The translations under genes were made by a program, and so were the position numbers. DNA of 32,000 nt, taken from positions 1,350,001 through 1,382,000 of the forward strand of contig NZ_CP019384.1 of the NCBI RefSeq assembly GCF_004102945.1, written 5' to 3'. A model generated the notes under the pieces. The model was not told the origin of the DNA. It was given only the letters and a program-made list of their open reading frames with translations, and ran no database searches. Of the stretch, positions 14,519-23,945 are shown piece by piece (the first letter of the stretch is position 1; the number at the start of each line of letters is the position of its first letter). Source of the stretch: Candidatus Velamenicoccus archaeovorus (GTDB lineage Bacteria > Omnitrophota > Gorgyraeia > Velamenicoccales > Velamenicoccaceae).

Positions 14519-15382
14519 TCATTTATGTTCGCGCGCTACGCGCTGGGTCAATGGGTTCAAAGGATCGAGCCGCTGGGCATCCGCCAGATATTTTTTGGCC
14601 AGGTCTTCCTCGTTACGGCGGAAATAGATCTGCGCCAGGCGCGCATAGGCATCGGCGAAACGCGGATCGACCTCGATCGTCTCTTTGAGGAGCGCCAGCC
14701 CCTTCTCGGCGTCGCCGCCGGCAATGCCGGGCGCCAGCGCATAAAAGCTCCCCAATCCGAAGAGGACGCCGGCGGAATGGGGCGTAAGCTCCTGCGCCTT
14801 CTTGAGATACCCCAATATCTGCGTGCCCTGGAAAAGCTTGGAGAAGATCCCTCCTTCGTCGGCCAGCATCGCCTTGGCGCCTCCGATCGTCAGGTAGGCC
14901 CGCGCATAATTCGTCAGGTCTACTTTCTGTCGCCCCTGTCTGATGACCTTCGAGGCCAAAGAAATCGAGCGGCCATATTCCCGCTTGTCGAAAATCATAT
15001 AGGCCAGCGTGATGTAGGCCGGAGAAAATTCAGGATCCTTTTGGATGATCTCTTCAAGGATCTTTTCGGCCTTATCCACCTCATGGCGCCGGCGCAACAC
15101 CTCGGCCTGTCCCCAGCGGGCCTCGATACTCTGGGGATCGGCCTGAAGCATCCGCTTAAAGACGCTTTCGGCCTCATCGACCTTGTATTCATTCAGAAGA
15201 ACGATACCCAAAAGATACAGGGCCTCCTGGGATTGCGGATTCTTCTGTTGATAAGCGACGGCTTCGGGGAGAGAAGTCTTGTCGGCCTTTTCATGAATAT
15301 CCTTCCAGTCCGTCGCCGCGGCAGATCCGCATAGCGATATAAAAACAGCCGCAGACACAACCGATAGGATACGCTTCGTCAT
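14519..15382 (-). CDS. Secreted tetratricopeptide-repeat (TPR) protein
   Basis: 287 aa. Signal peptide MTKRILSVVSAAVFISLCGSAAA, then repeated 34-aa A/Y/L-patterned TPR units (e.g. ALYLLGIVLLNEYKVDEAESVFKRML, YARLAQIYFRRNEEDLAKKYL). Confidence 0.85.
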   Translation of the reverse strand: MTKRILSVVSAAVFISLCGSAAATDWKDIHEKADKTSLPEAVAYQQKNPQSQEALYLLGIVLLNEYKVDEAESVFKRMLQADPQSIEARWGQAEVLRRRHEVDKAEKILEEIIQKDPEFSPAYITLAYMIFDKREYGRSISLASKVIRQGRQKVDLTNYARAYLTIGGAKAMLADEGGIFSKLFQGTQILGYLKKAQELTPHSAGVLFGLGSFYALAPGIAGGDAEKGLALLKETIEVDPRFADAYARLAQIYFRRNEEDLAKKYLADAQRLDPLNPLTQRVAREHK

Positions 15383-15396
15383 TCCATCCTCTCTTT

Positions 15397-15537
15397 GTGG
15401 AATCCTCCGGGCCTGCCTTAGCCAAGGCGAGCCGGACTCTCCCTTCTTGTTTCAAACAGTCTCCTGAATGATCCTCACAGCGCCTTCCCGGGGGTTCCCT
15501 CCCGAGACAGTGCTGCATTTCCTGCCGAGGGATTGAA
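15397..15537 (-). promoter_or_regulatory. Unassigned conserved bipartite 5'-leader element, copy 1 (141 nt)
   Basis: Blocks 15537..15494 and 15417..15397 match 28661..28619 (37/44) and 28597..28577 (21/21). Extended -10 TGTTACAAT (15549..15541) ends 3 nt upstream. The element ends 14 nt before ATG 15382. Confidence 0.5.
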
Positions 15538-15690
15538 CCCATTGTAACAAATACCAGGCGATGGACAATAGATAAATCGTCGCATGCCTCACACGTCTTC
15601 CTTCGGACATGTGTTGTTTCCAGCACTGTGAGATGATATGATAGGTTTATTGTTCATGCGACCTGCAACAAGGCATATGGAGAGCCAGCT

Positions 15691-16539
15691 ATGGCCATAA
15701 AGATCAATCTTGCCAAATCAGCCGGCTTCTGTTTCGGCGTACGCCGGGCCATCACCATCGCCCTCAAGACCACGGCAAAACACAAGGACGTGCGGATGCT
15801 CGGCGATATCGTCCATAACGAAGACGTCATCGCCATGATGGAGAGAACCGGAGTAAAAAAGATCAGGACGCTGCGCAAAAACCGCGGACAGACGCTCGTG
15901 ATCCGCGCCCACGGGCTGTCGGCATCCGTCTTTAAGCGCGCTCAAAAACTCGGCTACATCGTCGTGGATGCGACATGCCCCATGGTCAAGGAGATTCACA
16001 GGATTGCGCGCAGGATGGAGCAGGAAAAGCGCAGGATCATCATCATTGGAGATAAAAAACATGACGAAGTCCGCGGCATCAAGGGCCAGCTCAAGACAAA
16101 GGCCTTTGTCGTCTCTTCTGTCGGGGCCGCGGCCCGCCTGCCTTTTCCAAAGATCAAAAAAGCCGCGGTGGTCATTCAATCCACGCAAGACGAAGAAAAC
16201 GCGCTCGGCATATTGCAGCTGATCGCCTCGAAAGTGCGGGATTTGAAATTCTTCAACACCATCTGCGCGCCGACCAGGGTCAAACAAGCAGAAATCAAGG
16301 CCATCCCCTTGAAGAACGATGTCGCGATCATCATTGGTTCCGGCGCGAGCGCCAACACGCGGCGTCTTTTTGAGATCGCCAGGAAACTCAACCCGCGCAC
16401 CTATTGGGTCAGGTCCGCCGGAGACATCCGTCCCCGCTGGCTGAAAGGTATTTCATCCATCGGGATCACGACAGGGGCATCGACACCGGACTCAACGACT
16501 CAACAAGTGATCACGCGCCTCCGCGCCCTCTCTGCCTGA
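15691..16539 (+). CDS. ispH: 4-hydroxy-3-methylbut-2-enyl diphosphate reductase
   Basis: 282 aa. AGFCFGVRRAI, DIVHNEDV, DATCPMV, NTICAPT, ASANTRRL (three cluster Cys). GGAGA SD. Possible promoter TTGTTT-N17-TATGAT at 15614..15642. Confidence 0.95.
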   Translation: MAIKINLAKSAGFCFGVRRAITIALKTTAKHKDVRMLGDIVHNEDVIAMMERTGVKKIRTLRKNRGQTLVIRAHGLSASVFKRAQKLGYIVVDATCPMVKEIHRIARRMEQEKRRIIIIGDKKHDEVRGIKGQLKTKAFVVSSVGAAARLPFPKIKKAAVVIQSTQDEENALGILQLIASKVRDLKFFNTICAPTRVKQAEIKAIPLKNDVAIIIGSGASANTRRLFEIARKLNPRTYWVRSAGDIRPRWLKGISSIGITTGASTPDSTTQQVITRLRALSA

Positions 16540-16562
16540 ACTAGGCCCTTGCGGTCTTCTTC

Positions 16563-17837
16563 TCAAAAATTCTGCTTGTACTTCAAAAAGACGGCGTCGT
16601 TAGTTTCTGGCAGCTGCGTCGTATTCGTGACACTCTCCTGGGAACGCATCTCCTTTTCACCCTCAACGGACAGATGATCGGCCACCTTATAGACCAATGC
16701 CGCCTTTTGGGTCATGGAAACATTGCCGCTGCTGCCGTCTTCCTGTGAAACGGTATAATTCAACCTGGCTCGCGTCGTTATTTGCGTCCCCAGGCCGACC
16801 CCTTTCTTGTTCTGGTCGATCTCCAGATGGATATCGCTTACCCCCAAGGCATGGGCCAAATCAGTCACCTTCCCGCCGAAAAACAAGAAATCCAGCGTAT
16901 CTTTGATCAAATCTGCAGACACCCCTCCCTCGGACAAAGACTTCTCGGCGCTTTGCCAGCTTTTGCCTGTCAAAAGCATCACCAGAAGCCGCTCCTGGGG
17001 CATGGAAGGATCTGAATCAAACCTGAGCTTCGGTTCTTTGAGGGTCCCCTGAAGACGAATCGAGATGGAAACATTTTCCACCTGCGAAAAACCTCTAAGA
17101 TCCAACCGCACATCCCGCGGGCCGTCGGCCAGGATGATGCGGCCGGGTTTCAGGACAATAGCGGCATGAGGCAGCTCGAGTTGCCCGCCATAAATACCGA
17201 CAGAAGCCCAAGATCCGTTCGATTTCGCATATTCCCACAGAAATCCCAAAGGACAATTCTGAAGGACAAAACGGCTCCCCTGGATTTCCGCCACATGGGC
17301 TTTTCCTTCGACGGCGAACCGTTGCGCTGAAACCTTCAGGCGGCATTCCAGGCGGTCCACAAGACCCCGCAGATCCGCCAGCTCCTTGACGGCGGGCGCA
17401 AAACGGCGCACATCTCCCAGATGGATGTCCTTACCAAAAACATCCCCCTCAAAAACGCCATCCTGCAACGCGCCATCGAGGACGACATTCCCGGAATCAG
17501 GAAGGATCAGGCGGCCGTTATGGATCTCGACATTGAGCCCTTTCGGAAACGGAACGCTGAAAAACACATCGATCTTGGAAATCCTCACGATGAGATCCTG
17601 CGGCAGGCGCCCTTTGAAACGGCTGATTTCCAGATCTTTGATCACCAGGTGTCTGCCGAGCGAACCGTCGATTCCGGCGATCTTATAGTCGGCGGCGCCC
17701 ATGATGTCCCGGACGACTCTCCGGACAACAAAAGAAGCGCCCCAGCGCGTCAACAAGAGCCACCAAAGGCATACAACAGAAAAAACGACAAGCACGGATG
17801 TAAAAATCCCCAATATCGTAAATATTTTCTTTCTCAT
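16563..17837 (-). CDS. Short TamB/DUF490-like translocation-and-assembly-module protein
   Basis: ORF 16563..17906. Start moved to ATG 17837 (MRKKIFTILGIFTSVLVVFSVV anchor, GGAG 5 nt upstream). The C-terminal ~150 aa resemble the TamB DUF490 end (LLTGKSW...GVSDIHLEID...LNYTVSQ...VYKVADHLSVEGE). Confidence 0.75.
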   Translation of the reverse strand: MRKKIFTILGIFTSVLVVFSVVCLWWLLLTRWGASFVVRRVVRDIMGAADYKIAGIDGSLGRHLVIKDLEISRFKGRLPQDLIVRISKIDVFFSVPFPKGLNVEIHNGRLILPDSGNVVLDGALQDGVFEGDVFGKDIHLGDVRRFAPAVKELADLRGLVDRLECRLKVSAQRFAVEGKAHVAEIQGSRFVLQNCPLGFLWEYAKSNGSWASVGIYGGQLELPHAAIVLKPGRIILADGPRDVRLDLRGFSQVENVSISIRLQGTLKEPKLRFDSDPSMPQERLLVMLLTGKSWQSAEKSLSEGGVSADLIKDTLDFLFFGGKVTDLAHALGVSDIHLEIDQNKKGVGLGTQITTRARLNYTVSQEDGSSGNVSMTQKAALVYKVADHLSVEGEKEMRSQESVTNTTQLPETNDAVFLKYKQNF

Positions 17838-17984
17838 AGAACTCCAAACGGAATAAGCAAACTCCAAGAAACAATCACCAAGCAATAACCAAGCACCAAA
17901 ATCCAATCACCCAACAAAAAATAAAAACCGTGTTTGATCATTTGGCAGCCGTTACCCCAAGACTGCGCTCGTTGCACATTAAGC

Positions 17985-20816
17985 CTAGCGGCACAAATAG
18001 GAAAACGGGCACATCCGGCAATAAGGAGCATCGGACGGATCTGCTTCAAAATTGACGACGGGATCCAACAATTCCCGCATGACGGCCTCCAGGGCCTTTA
18101 GGTAGAAAGACATCCCGCGCGCCCGATCTTCCATGGTTTCCGTTTCGTCAAAAAGGGTCCTGATCCCGCCGTCTTTCGACGCATCCCTCAAATGGTAGAG
18201 ACCGGCATTCAGCGCTTCGGCGCCGGCTGCGTTTTGGATGAGATAAAAATAAATCGGCAGTTGGAACGATTTGACGGCCTTGCGAATGGCCCTGCGCTCA
18301 AAAGGAAAATTCTCAAGTTTTCCGGGATTGGCCGGCATCCGGTCTACGGAACCCGTCTTATAATCGACGACGAGAAGGCTTGAGTCATCGAGTCGATCCA
18401 CCCGGTCGATCCGGGCTTTGAAACGAAAACCCTCGCCATCCAGCCGGACATCGCCGGCCACTTCTTTCTCCAAGGCGACGATTTCTTTTATCCCTCTCTT
18501 GGCCTCATTTTCAAGGAACCGCTCCATACGGAAACGGATGACCTCCTGGACGAGAAAAGCGTCCGAGCGCATTCTTTTGCGCAATTCGGCCTCAAAACTC
18601 CTGTCAAGCTCTTCAAAAAAAATCTTGCGGAACGCACTGTTCACCACAGGCTTGCGGCCGACAAAGGGTGCAAAGACCCTCTCCAGAAAAGAATGCAGGA
18701 AGGTGCCGATATCGGAGGCCTCCAGCTCCTCTGAAACCCCTTCCTTTTCCTGCAGCCCCAGCACATACTGGTAATAAAACCGCAAAGGACAGTTCATGTA
18801 GGTGTTGATGCTTGAGGCGGAAAAGCACATTTCTTTAAGAAAAGCTGTATGGGCCTTCTGTTTCTTGGCATGCGCCTCAAGCGGCGTCACCCTGATGCGG
18901 AATGCCCCGGCCGAAGGCCGAAGGACGCCGATGTCCTTTTCCTCCTTCTCCTTTTCCCAGACCAGGGCCTCCACAAAACGGCTTTTTTCGCAGGTGTCCC
19001 GCTCCTGATAAAAAATGTGGGCCCGTCTTGCCGAAGCCACCAGGCGCATGAACTGGTAACGCTGGATCTCCTCTTCCTTCTCCAGCCGGTTCAATCCCAA
19101 CTGGATCATGACATCCCTGGGGATCAAAGGTTCGTATACTTTGAGTTTGGGCAGGACGGACTCATTGGCGTCCAGGATAAAGACATCGTCAAAACCCAGG
19201 GAGCGCGTTTCAAAGAGCCCCAGGATCTGCAGACCTTTCAAAGGAGATCCGGAAAAAGAAACCATCTGCTCTTGCAGACGCGCTTTAAAAATACGGAGGA
19301 TCTCCTCCCGGGGGAAATGCTCGCGACAGAATGCAGCCCCGGCCATCTGGCGGCACATGGCGTGCAGCTGCTCGACGATCTTGAGATTAAGGGGATATTT
19401 TTCCAGGGGGCTCTTTTCCAGGAGGGCGTCGAGAAAATCCTCAAGGACGGCTGCGAAATCCGCAAACGTCGCTACATGTTCCCAGTTGCCGAAAAGGAGC
19501 TTGTGCAGGCCGGCGAAGGCCTTTTTGAGATCGGCTTTCTTGGTGCCGGAATCCATCCTTTCGAGCATCGCCGCGGCGCCCGCATAAAGCCCCTCTTCAT
19601 CAAAGAGGTCTTTAGGATCGATAAACAGGCTTCCGCCCAGAGACGTCTGGATCGTGCCTGCCAGTATCTCTTCGGCTTTATGGACCAGGACGCGCGTTGC
19701 AGCCGCTTCAATGCCCCATTGGAGGTTCTTGACCAAAGGATGGCCTAACACGCCAAGATAATCCTTAACGTAATAGCCCTCGCCCTTACGGGTCTCCTGG
19801 GCGCGGAAAATCAGGTCAAGAAGGAAATAAAGGGAACTGCGGGAGACCGGATACCCCATGGACACATTGAAATCGCCGACAAAAGAAGCGATCTCGGAAA
19901 GGAACGGCACAAGGGTCGCTGGCTCGGGAAGCACGACAAGGGCATGGCGGTAGTCGCCGCATTCTTTTAATGCCTGACGCGCCATGCCGATCTGCGAATG
20001 CAGGTCAAAACCGCAGCTGATCCTGACCTGAGGCCTGCGGGCCGGGGCCACTGGAGGTTCAATGGGGACGCCGAAAACCGATGAAAGCCTTTCCAGAACA
20101 CTCCATTCGCCGGCCCGGCCCTGAAAGACCATTGTCGAACGTCCTTGCTCATGGAGGGCGCGCATCACTATTTCTTCGGTCCGGTGGAGATAAAAGAAAT
20201 TGCAGAAAAAGATCCTCTCGAAATCATCCAGCCGCGCCCCTGCCGCCTTGCGCGCCGCCAGAAGATAAACAAACCCGCGGCTGTAGGCCCGGGCCTCTTT
20301 CATCTTCCGGTGAAAATCTTCCCGCAGGAGATAAAGCTGTCCCAAAAGCTTATTGATGCTCTCGGGGACGTCGTAACCGATATCTGCATGGGCGGCCACA
20401 TCCTTCAAAGAAGGATTCTGAATGTCCTCCAGATCAAGTTGCTCGAAGAAGCCGAGGACCTCGCCGGCCCACGGCAGAAAACGCCAGAATTCGTTGCGCC
20501 CCTCCAAAAGGAACGGGGATTCTTTTTGAGCAGTCCTATAGATCTCAAAACACGCCTCCAGATCGTTCAAACGGCTGAACCCTTCATCCCGGGATACGAG
20601 ATGTTCCATAAATTCATCGATGGTGAAGAACCGCGGCGAAAAGCTCGCCTGGCCGACGCGTTCAGCCAACGCCTTTTGGAAGAAAAGCTGCGGCCGGCGC
20701 CCGCCGAAGACAAAGGCCAGGCGGGGCCAGGCGGCCGGCGCATAGGCGGCGACGATATCATCGGCCAGCTTGTCGATGAAACGATCGCCCAAATCATAGG
20801 TGATCACATTCTTCAT
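17985..20816 (-). CDS. addB: AddB-type PD-(D/E)XK nuclease subunit with Fe-S Cys cluster (helicase-like domain lacks Walker A)
   Basis: ORF 17985..20846. ATG 20816 overlaps the addA stop as ATGA. Nuclease motif RIDRVDRL...LLVVDYKTG. Cys ligands NCPLRFYY and YCRMCPFSYLC. Confidence 0.8.
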   Translation of the reverse strand: MKNVITYDLGDRFIDKLADDIVAAYAPAAWPRLAFVFGGRRPQLFFQKALAERVGQASFSPRFFTIDEFMEHLVSRDEGFSRLNDLEACFEIYRTAQKESPFLLEGRNEFWRFLPWAGEVLGFFEQLDLEDIQNPSLKDVAAHADIGYDVPESINKLLGQLYLLREDFHRKMKEARAYSRGFVYLLAARKAAGARLDDFERIFFCNFFYLHRTEEIVMRALHEQGRSTMVFQGRAGEWSVLERLSSVFGVPIEPPVAPARRPQVRISCGFDLHSQIGMARQALKECGDYRHALVVLPEPATLVPFLSEIASFVGDFNVSMGYPVSRSSLYFLLDLIFRAQETRKGEGYYVKDYLGVLGHPLVKNLQWGIEAAATRVLVHKAEEILAGTIQTSLGGSLFIDPKDLFDEEGLYAGAAAMLERMDSGTKKADLKKAFAGLHKLLFGNWEHVATFADFAAVLEDFLDALLEKSPLEKYPLNLKIVEQLHAMCRQMAGAAFCREHFPREEILRIFKARLQEQMVSFSGSPLKGLQILGLFETRSLGFDDVFILDANESVLPKLKVYEPLIPRDVMIQLGLNRLEKEEEIQRYQFMRLVASARRAHIFYQERDTCEKSRFVEALVWEKEKEEKDIGVLRPSAGAFRIRVTPLEAHAKKQKAHTAFLKEMCFSASSINTYMNCPLRFYYQYVLGLQEKEGVSEELEASDIGTFLHSFLERVFAPFVGRKPVVNSAFRKIFFEELDRSFEAELRKRMRSDAFLVQEVIRFRMERFLENEAKRGIKEIVALEKEVAGDVRLDGEGFRFKARIDRVDRLDDSSLLVVDYKTGSVDRMPANPGKLENFPFERRAIRKAVKSFQLPIYFYLIQNAAGAEALNAGLYHLRDASKDGGIRTLFDETETMEDRARGMSFYLKALEAVMRELLDPVVNFEADPSDAPYCRMCPFSYLCR

Positions 20817-23800
20817 AAAACCTCTTCTATGCTCGCGGTGTCGCAAAAAACCAAAAACCCCCTGATGCGCCGGCCGCTGAAAATCTCAGAAACAAGCCCC
20901 ATATACTCGCTAACCTGCTGGCGCCCTTTTTCCACCTCTTCGTCAGACATCTTGTAATCGACGACCCAGCACTCGTCCGGCCCGGCCAAGAGGCGATCAA
21001 TGCGCCTGGTGCGCCCCAGGCGGTCGATCACTTCTTTTTCAACCAGGACTTCGCGCCCTTGAGGATAAAAAACAGGCCGGCACGCGGCGGCCTCGACCAG
21101 GCGGGCCGCAAGCGAACCGCATGCCTCCATCTCATCGAAATCAGGAAACTCCAGGCTCGCCTTGCGCACGGCCAAATCCAGGATCTTCTTGGGATCCTTA
21201 CCGCTCAAATCCCCGATATAAGAAAGAATTTTATGGACGACCTCGCCTTTCAACAGCACGCGGCGGCGCCGGATCATGGCACTATCCACAAATTCGTCTT
21301 TCAAGTAATGGATCCAATCCTGGTAGGGAGTCGGCGGAATGTCTTCGGGAAACCCAGCCTTCGTCGCGGCCTCAACCCTTGTCTCCGGCAAAGGCTCCCC
21401 TTCTTCAACATCGGCGTTTCCCAGGAGACCCGCCGCAAAATTGGGACGGCGGCCGACGCGGGGGACAAAAATATAGAGCTCATCCTTCGCCCGCGTCAAC
21501 GCCACATAAACACTGTCCAATTCGTCGATAAAACAACGGCCGTATTCCCCGCAAAACGCCTCCTCCAGAAGAGGCGAAAACATCCGCGACTTCTCCGTAA
21601 GGCGGATCAAGCTCATCTTGTCATCGCCAGCGGATGCCAAGACGCCTGGTACCTTGACCGCCATCTCCAGGAATGGCAAAATGCACACCCGGAACCCCAA
21701 CCCCTTGGCCTTGTGGATGGTGAGCACCTTGACCGCATCCGTCTTGGGCGGACGCACGTAGAAAACCTCTGCCCGGCCCGTTTCGAAGAATTCCAGAAAA
21801 GAAGCCAATGGACCGTGGTCTTCTTCCGCCTCTTTGATCAATTCCAAAAATCTCATAAAAAACGCCTGTTCGTCGCCAAAAATCTCCAAGCAACGGAACC
21901 TGCGCAGGATGCTGATGACAAGCTCGTACAAAGGCACATAACCGACATTGCGGAAGAATTCCTCGATAAAATCCTCCCACGCCTCCGGGAAACGCTCCCG
22001 GAACTCCCTGTAAAAATAGATCCCGGCCCTTTTTTCACGTGCCTCGCGGAGACGGAAAAAGAAATCGTGAAGGGCCACTTCCCCTATCCCGCTTACCGCC
22101 TGAAATATCCGGCCGAGAATAAAAGACGCGAAGGAAAGATTGTCGATCGGAGACTGGAGGAATTTCAGGAACGAAACGAGCTCCTTGATCAGGGCGTTGT
22201 TGCGGATATCCAGGGTCTTCTCCGACTCGACGGGGATGTCCGCGGCGATCAACCATTCGGAGATCGTCTCGACATCTTCATTTTCACGCACCAGGATCGC
22301 GATATCGGAGCGGGCAAAGCGTTTCTCAAGATCAACAAGAAGCGCGATAAGTTTTTCGGCCGTGCGCTCGTTTTTCTCATCTTGGGAAGACACCTCAAGA
22401 TGCCATACGCGCACACACCCCCCCTCCCTGGAAGAAACCGGGAATTGCTCAACCTCTTCAAATACCCGGTAGACCGCCTCTTCGCCCTCTTGCGTCATGG
22501 GGAATTTCGTCCTGCCGCTTCTGAGGTCTTGCAAGAAACGCTTGAGGTTCTGCGCCGAAAAAATCCTGTTGGCAAAAAGGACGATCTGGCGCCGGCTCCG
22601 GAAATTGTGCCGCAGAAATTCCTTGCGGGAACCGAAAGCATCCAGTTCGCGGGCCACGGCGTCGAAAAGCGACACATCGCCACCGCGGAAACGGTAGATC
22701 GCCTGCTTTTTGTCTCCAACATAAAAGAGCGATCCGCCGACCGACAAAGACTCGCGGACCATCCCGCGGATGTTGACCCACTGCAAGGGACTCGTGTCCT
22801 GGAATTCATCGACAAGATAATGTTTCAGGCGCGTGGCCAGCCGGTAGTAGAGTTCCGGGACATCGATCTTCCTTTCATCGAGAAGCACATGGGCCTGCCG
22901 ATTGAGCTCTTCCAAAAAAAGAATGTCTTCCTTGGCGGCCAGGACGCGGACATCCTCCGAAACCATATGAAAAATAGAAATATAGGGGCCGAAAACAAGG
23001 ATCGCCTCCGCTTCTGCCGCCCGCCGGATATCCTGCCGTATTTTCTGCCATAATCTTTGGACGGTTGCCGGGACACGGCTCTCTTTCTTGGCCGGGAAAT
23101 CTTCACGCGCAAAGAAATCCGACAACTCCTGGATGGCAAAGCCCGAGCGGGGACGGGCGAGAAATTCTTCTAACTTCCTGGAAAACAACGCATGCACGCC
23201 TTCCGGGAGGCTGCGGTGCAGCTTGCGCATATCCGCCAGAATATCCTGTTTAAGCCTGGCGACATCCGCCAGACCCCCTTTCAGGGGCGCAAAGGTGCCG
23301 CCGGTGCGGTTGGTCCTCGCATAGAGGTCGCTGGCAACACCCAGGATGTCCTTCTTGGGAAACCAGCCGCTGCGGTTCTCCAGATAAAGATACTGATGAA
23401 GAAAATCCAGAAGGGCCTTCTCCACCCTTTTGTCGTGGGACGCGCGGTCCACGAGCGCGTCGACGCCGTAAGCCAGGTAGTCTTCAAACTCCGTCTTGAT
23501 CTTGAAGCGCGCCGACAGCCCTAATCTGAACGCGCATCCGCAAAGGATGGCATTAATGAAACTATCGATGGTCTGGATCTGGAAAAAATTATAATTTTTG
23601 ATGATCTGATCCATGACGGCAAAAGCACGGACGCAAGCCTCGTCTTCGGCGACGCCGAGTCCAGACAAAAGCGCCTTCTTCTCGTCTTCGCTGTCAAACC
23701 GGCCGAGGGCGATCTTTTTCAGGAGAAGGAGGATCCTCTCCTTCATCTCGATGGCGGCCTTATTGCTAAAGGTGACCGCTAGGATGTGCTTGAGGGGGAA

Positions 23801-23938
23801 TATCTCTTGCCGTCCGCCGGACAAAAAAAGAAGCTCAACATATCTGGCGGCCAGCGCATACGTCTTTCCGGAACCTGCGGAAGCTTCGACAATACGAACC
23901 TCTGGAAAACGTTCTTTGGGAGGATTTTGGATGGGCAT
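20813..23938 (-). CDS. addA: AddA-type UvrD/Rep helicase-nuclease subunit
   Basis: ORF 20813..24067. Start moved to ATG 23938 (MPIQNPPKERFPEVRIVEASAGSGKTY), which sits 7 nt downstream of a perfect TATAAT. Contains Walker A and DEFQDT. C-terminal nuclease motif RIDRLL...WVVDYK. Confidence 0.9.
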   Translation of the reverse strand: MPIQNPPKERFPEVRIVEASAGSGKTYALAARYVELLFLSGGRQEIFPLKHILAVTFSNKAAIEMKERILLLLKKIALGRFDSEDEKKALLSGLGVAEDEACVRAFAVMDQIIKNYNFFQIQTIDSFINAILCGCAFRLGLSARFKIKTEFEDYLAYGVDALVDRASHDKRVEKALLDFLHQYLYLENRSGWFPKKDILGVASDLYARTNRTGGTFAPLKGGLADVARLKQDILADMRKLHRSLPEGVHALFSRKLEEFLARPRSGFAIQELSDFFAREDFPAKKESRVPATVQRLWQKIRQDIRRAAEAEAILVFGPYISIFHMVSEDVRVLAAKEDILFLEELNRQAHVLLDERKIDVPELYYRLATRLKHYLVDEFQDTSPLQWVNIRGMVRESLSVGGSLFYVGDKKQAIYRFRGGDVSLFDAVARELDAFGSRKEFLRHNFRSRRQIVLFANRIFSAQNLKRFLQDLRSGRTKFPMTQEGEEAVYRVFEEVEQFPVSSREGGCVRVWHLEVSSQDEKNERTAEKLIALLVDLEKRFARSDIAILVRENEDVETISEWLIAADIPVESEKTLDIRNNALIKELVSFLKFLQSPIDNLSFASFILGRIFQAVSGIGEVALHDFFFRLREAREKRAGIYFYREFRERFPEAWEDFIEEFFRNVGYVPLYELVISILRRFRCLEIFGDEQAFFMRFLELIKEAEEDHGPLASFLEFFETGRAEVFYVRPPKTDAVKVLTIHKAKGLGFRVCILPFLEMAVKVPGVLASAGDDKMSLIRLTEKSRMFSPLLEEAFCGEYGRCFIDELDSVYVALTRAKDELYIFVPRVGRRPNFAAGLLGNADVEEGEPLPETRVEAATKAGFPEDIPPTPYQDWIHYLKDEFVDSAMIRRRRVLLKGEVVHKILSYIGDLSGKDPKKILDLAVRKASLEFPDFDEMEACGSLAARLVEAAACRPVFYPQGREVLVEKEVIDRLGRTRRIDRLLAGPDECWVVDYKMSDEEVEKGRQQVSEYMGLVSEIFSGRRIRGFLVFCDTASIEEVL

Positions 23939-23945
23939 TTGATTT

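Noticed and set aside
14333-15334. 333-aa plus-strand ORF
   Set aside because: It is antisense to the TPR protein gene and overlaps the riboswitch region at its 5' end. No motifs.
15418-15493. Cobalamin-riboswitch call for the insert of leader copy 1 (CACUG...GGGAAGGC and UCAGGAGAC resemble the GCCACUG/GGGAAGGC and B12-box strings)
   Set aside because: The core GGUG..AA.UCC...CCCGC.ACUGU and the ACCUGCC end of the B12 box are not intact. Copy 2 lacks the whole segment. The downstream genes have no cobalamin link. I kept it only as something for cmsearch (RF00174) to settle.
15529-15540. tRNA T-arm-like GGGTTCAATCCC
   Set aside because: No acceptor, D or anticodon arms are around it. The GGG is not conserved in copy 2. 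It is the junction of the -10 spacer and the leader element.
21059-23053. 664-aa plus-strand ORF, the longest unexplained ORF in the track
   Set aside because: It is entirely antisense to the well-supported addA gene. It is Arg/Pro/Gly/Gln-rich with no motif and no SD. This is the typical shadow ORF of a GC-rich coding region.
17985-23938. AddAB-like pair as a candidate novel defence system
   Set aside because: Domain order, nuclease motifs, the Fe-S Cys cluster and the ATGA coupling are those of the canonical AddAB/RexAB recombination-repair enzyme. There are no associated defence genes.
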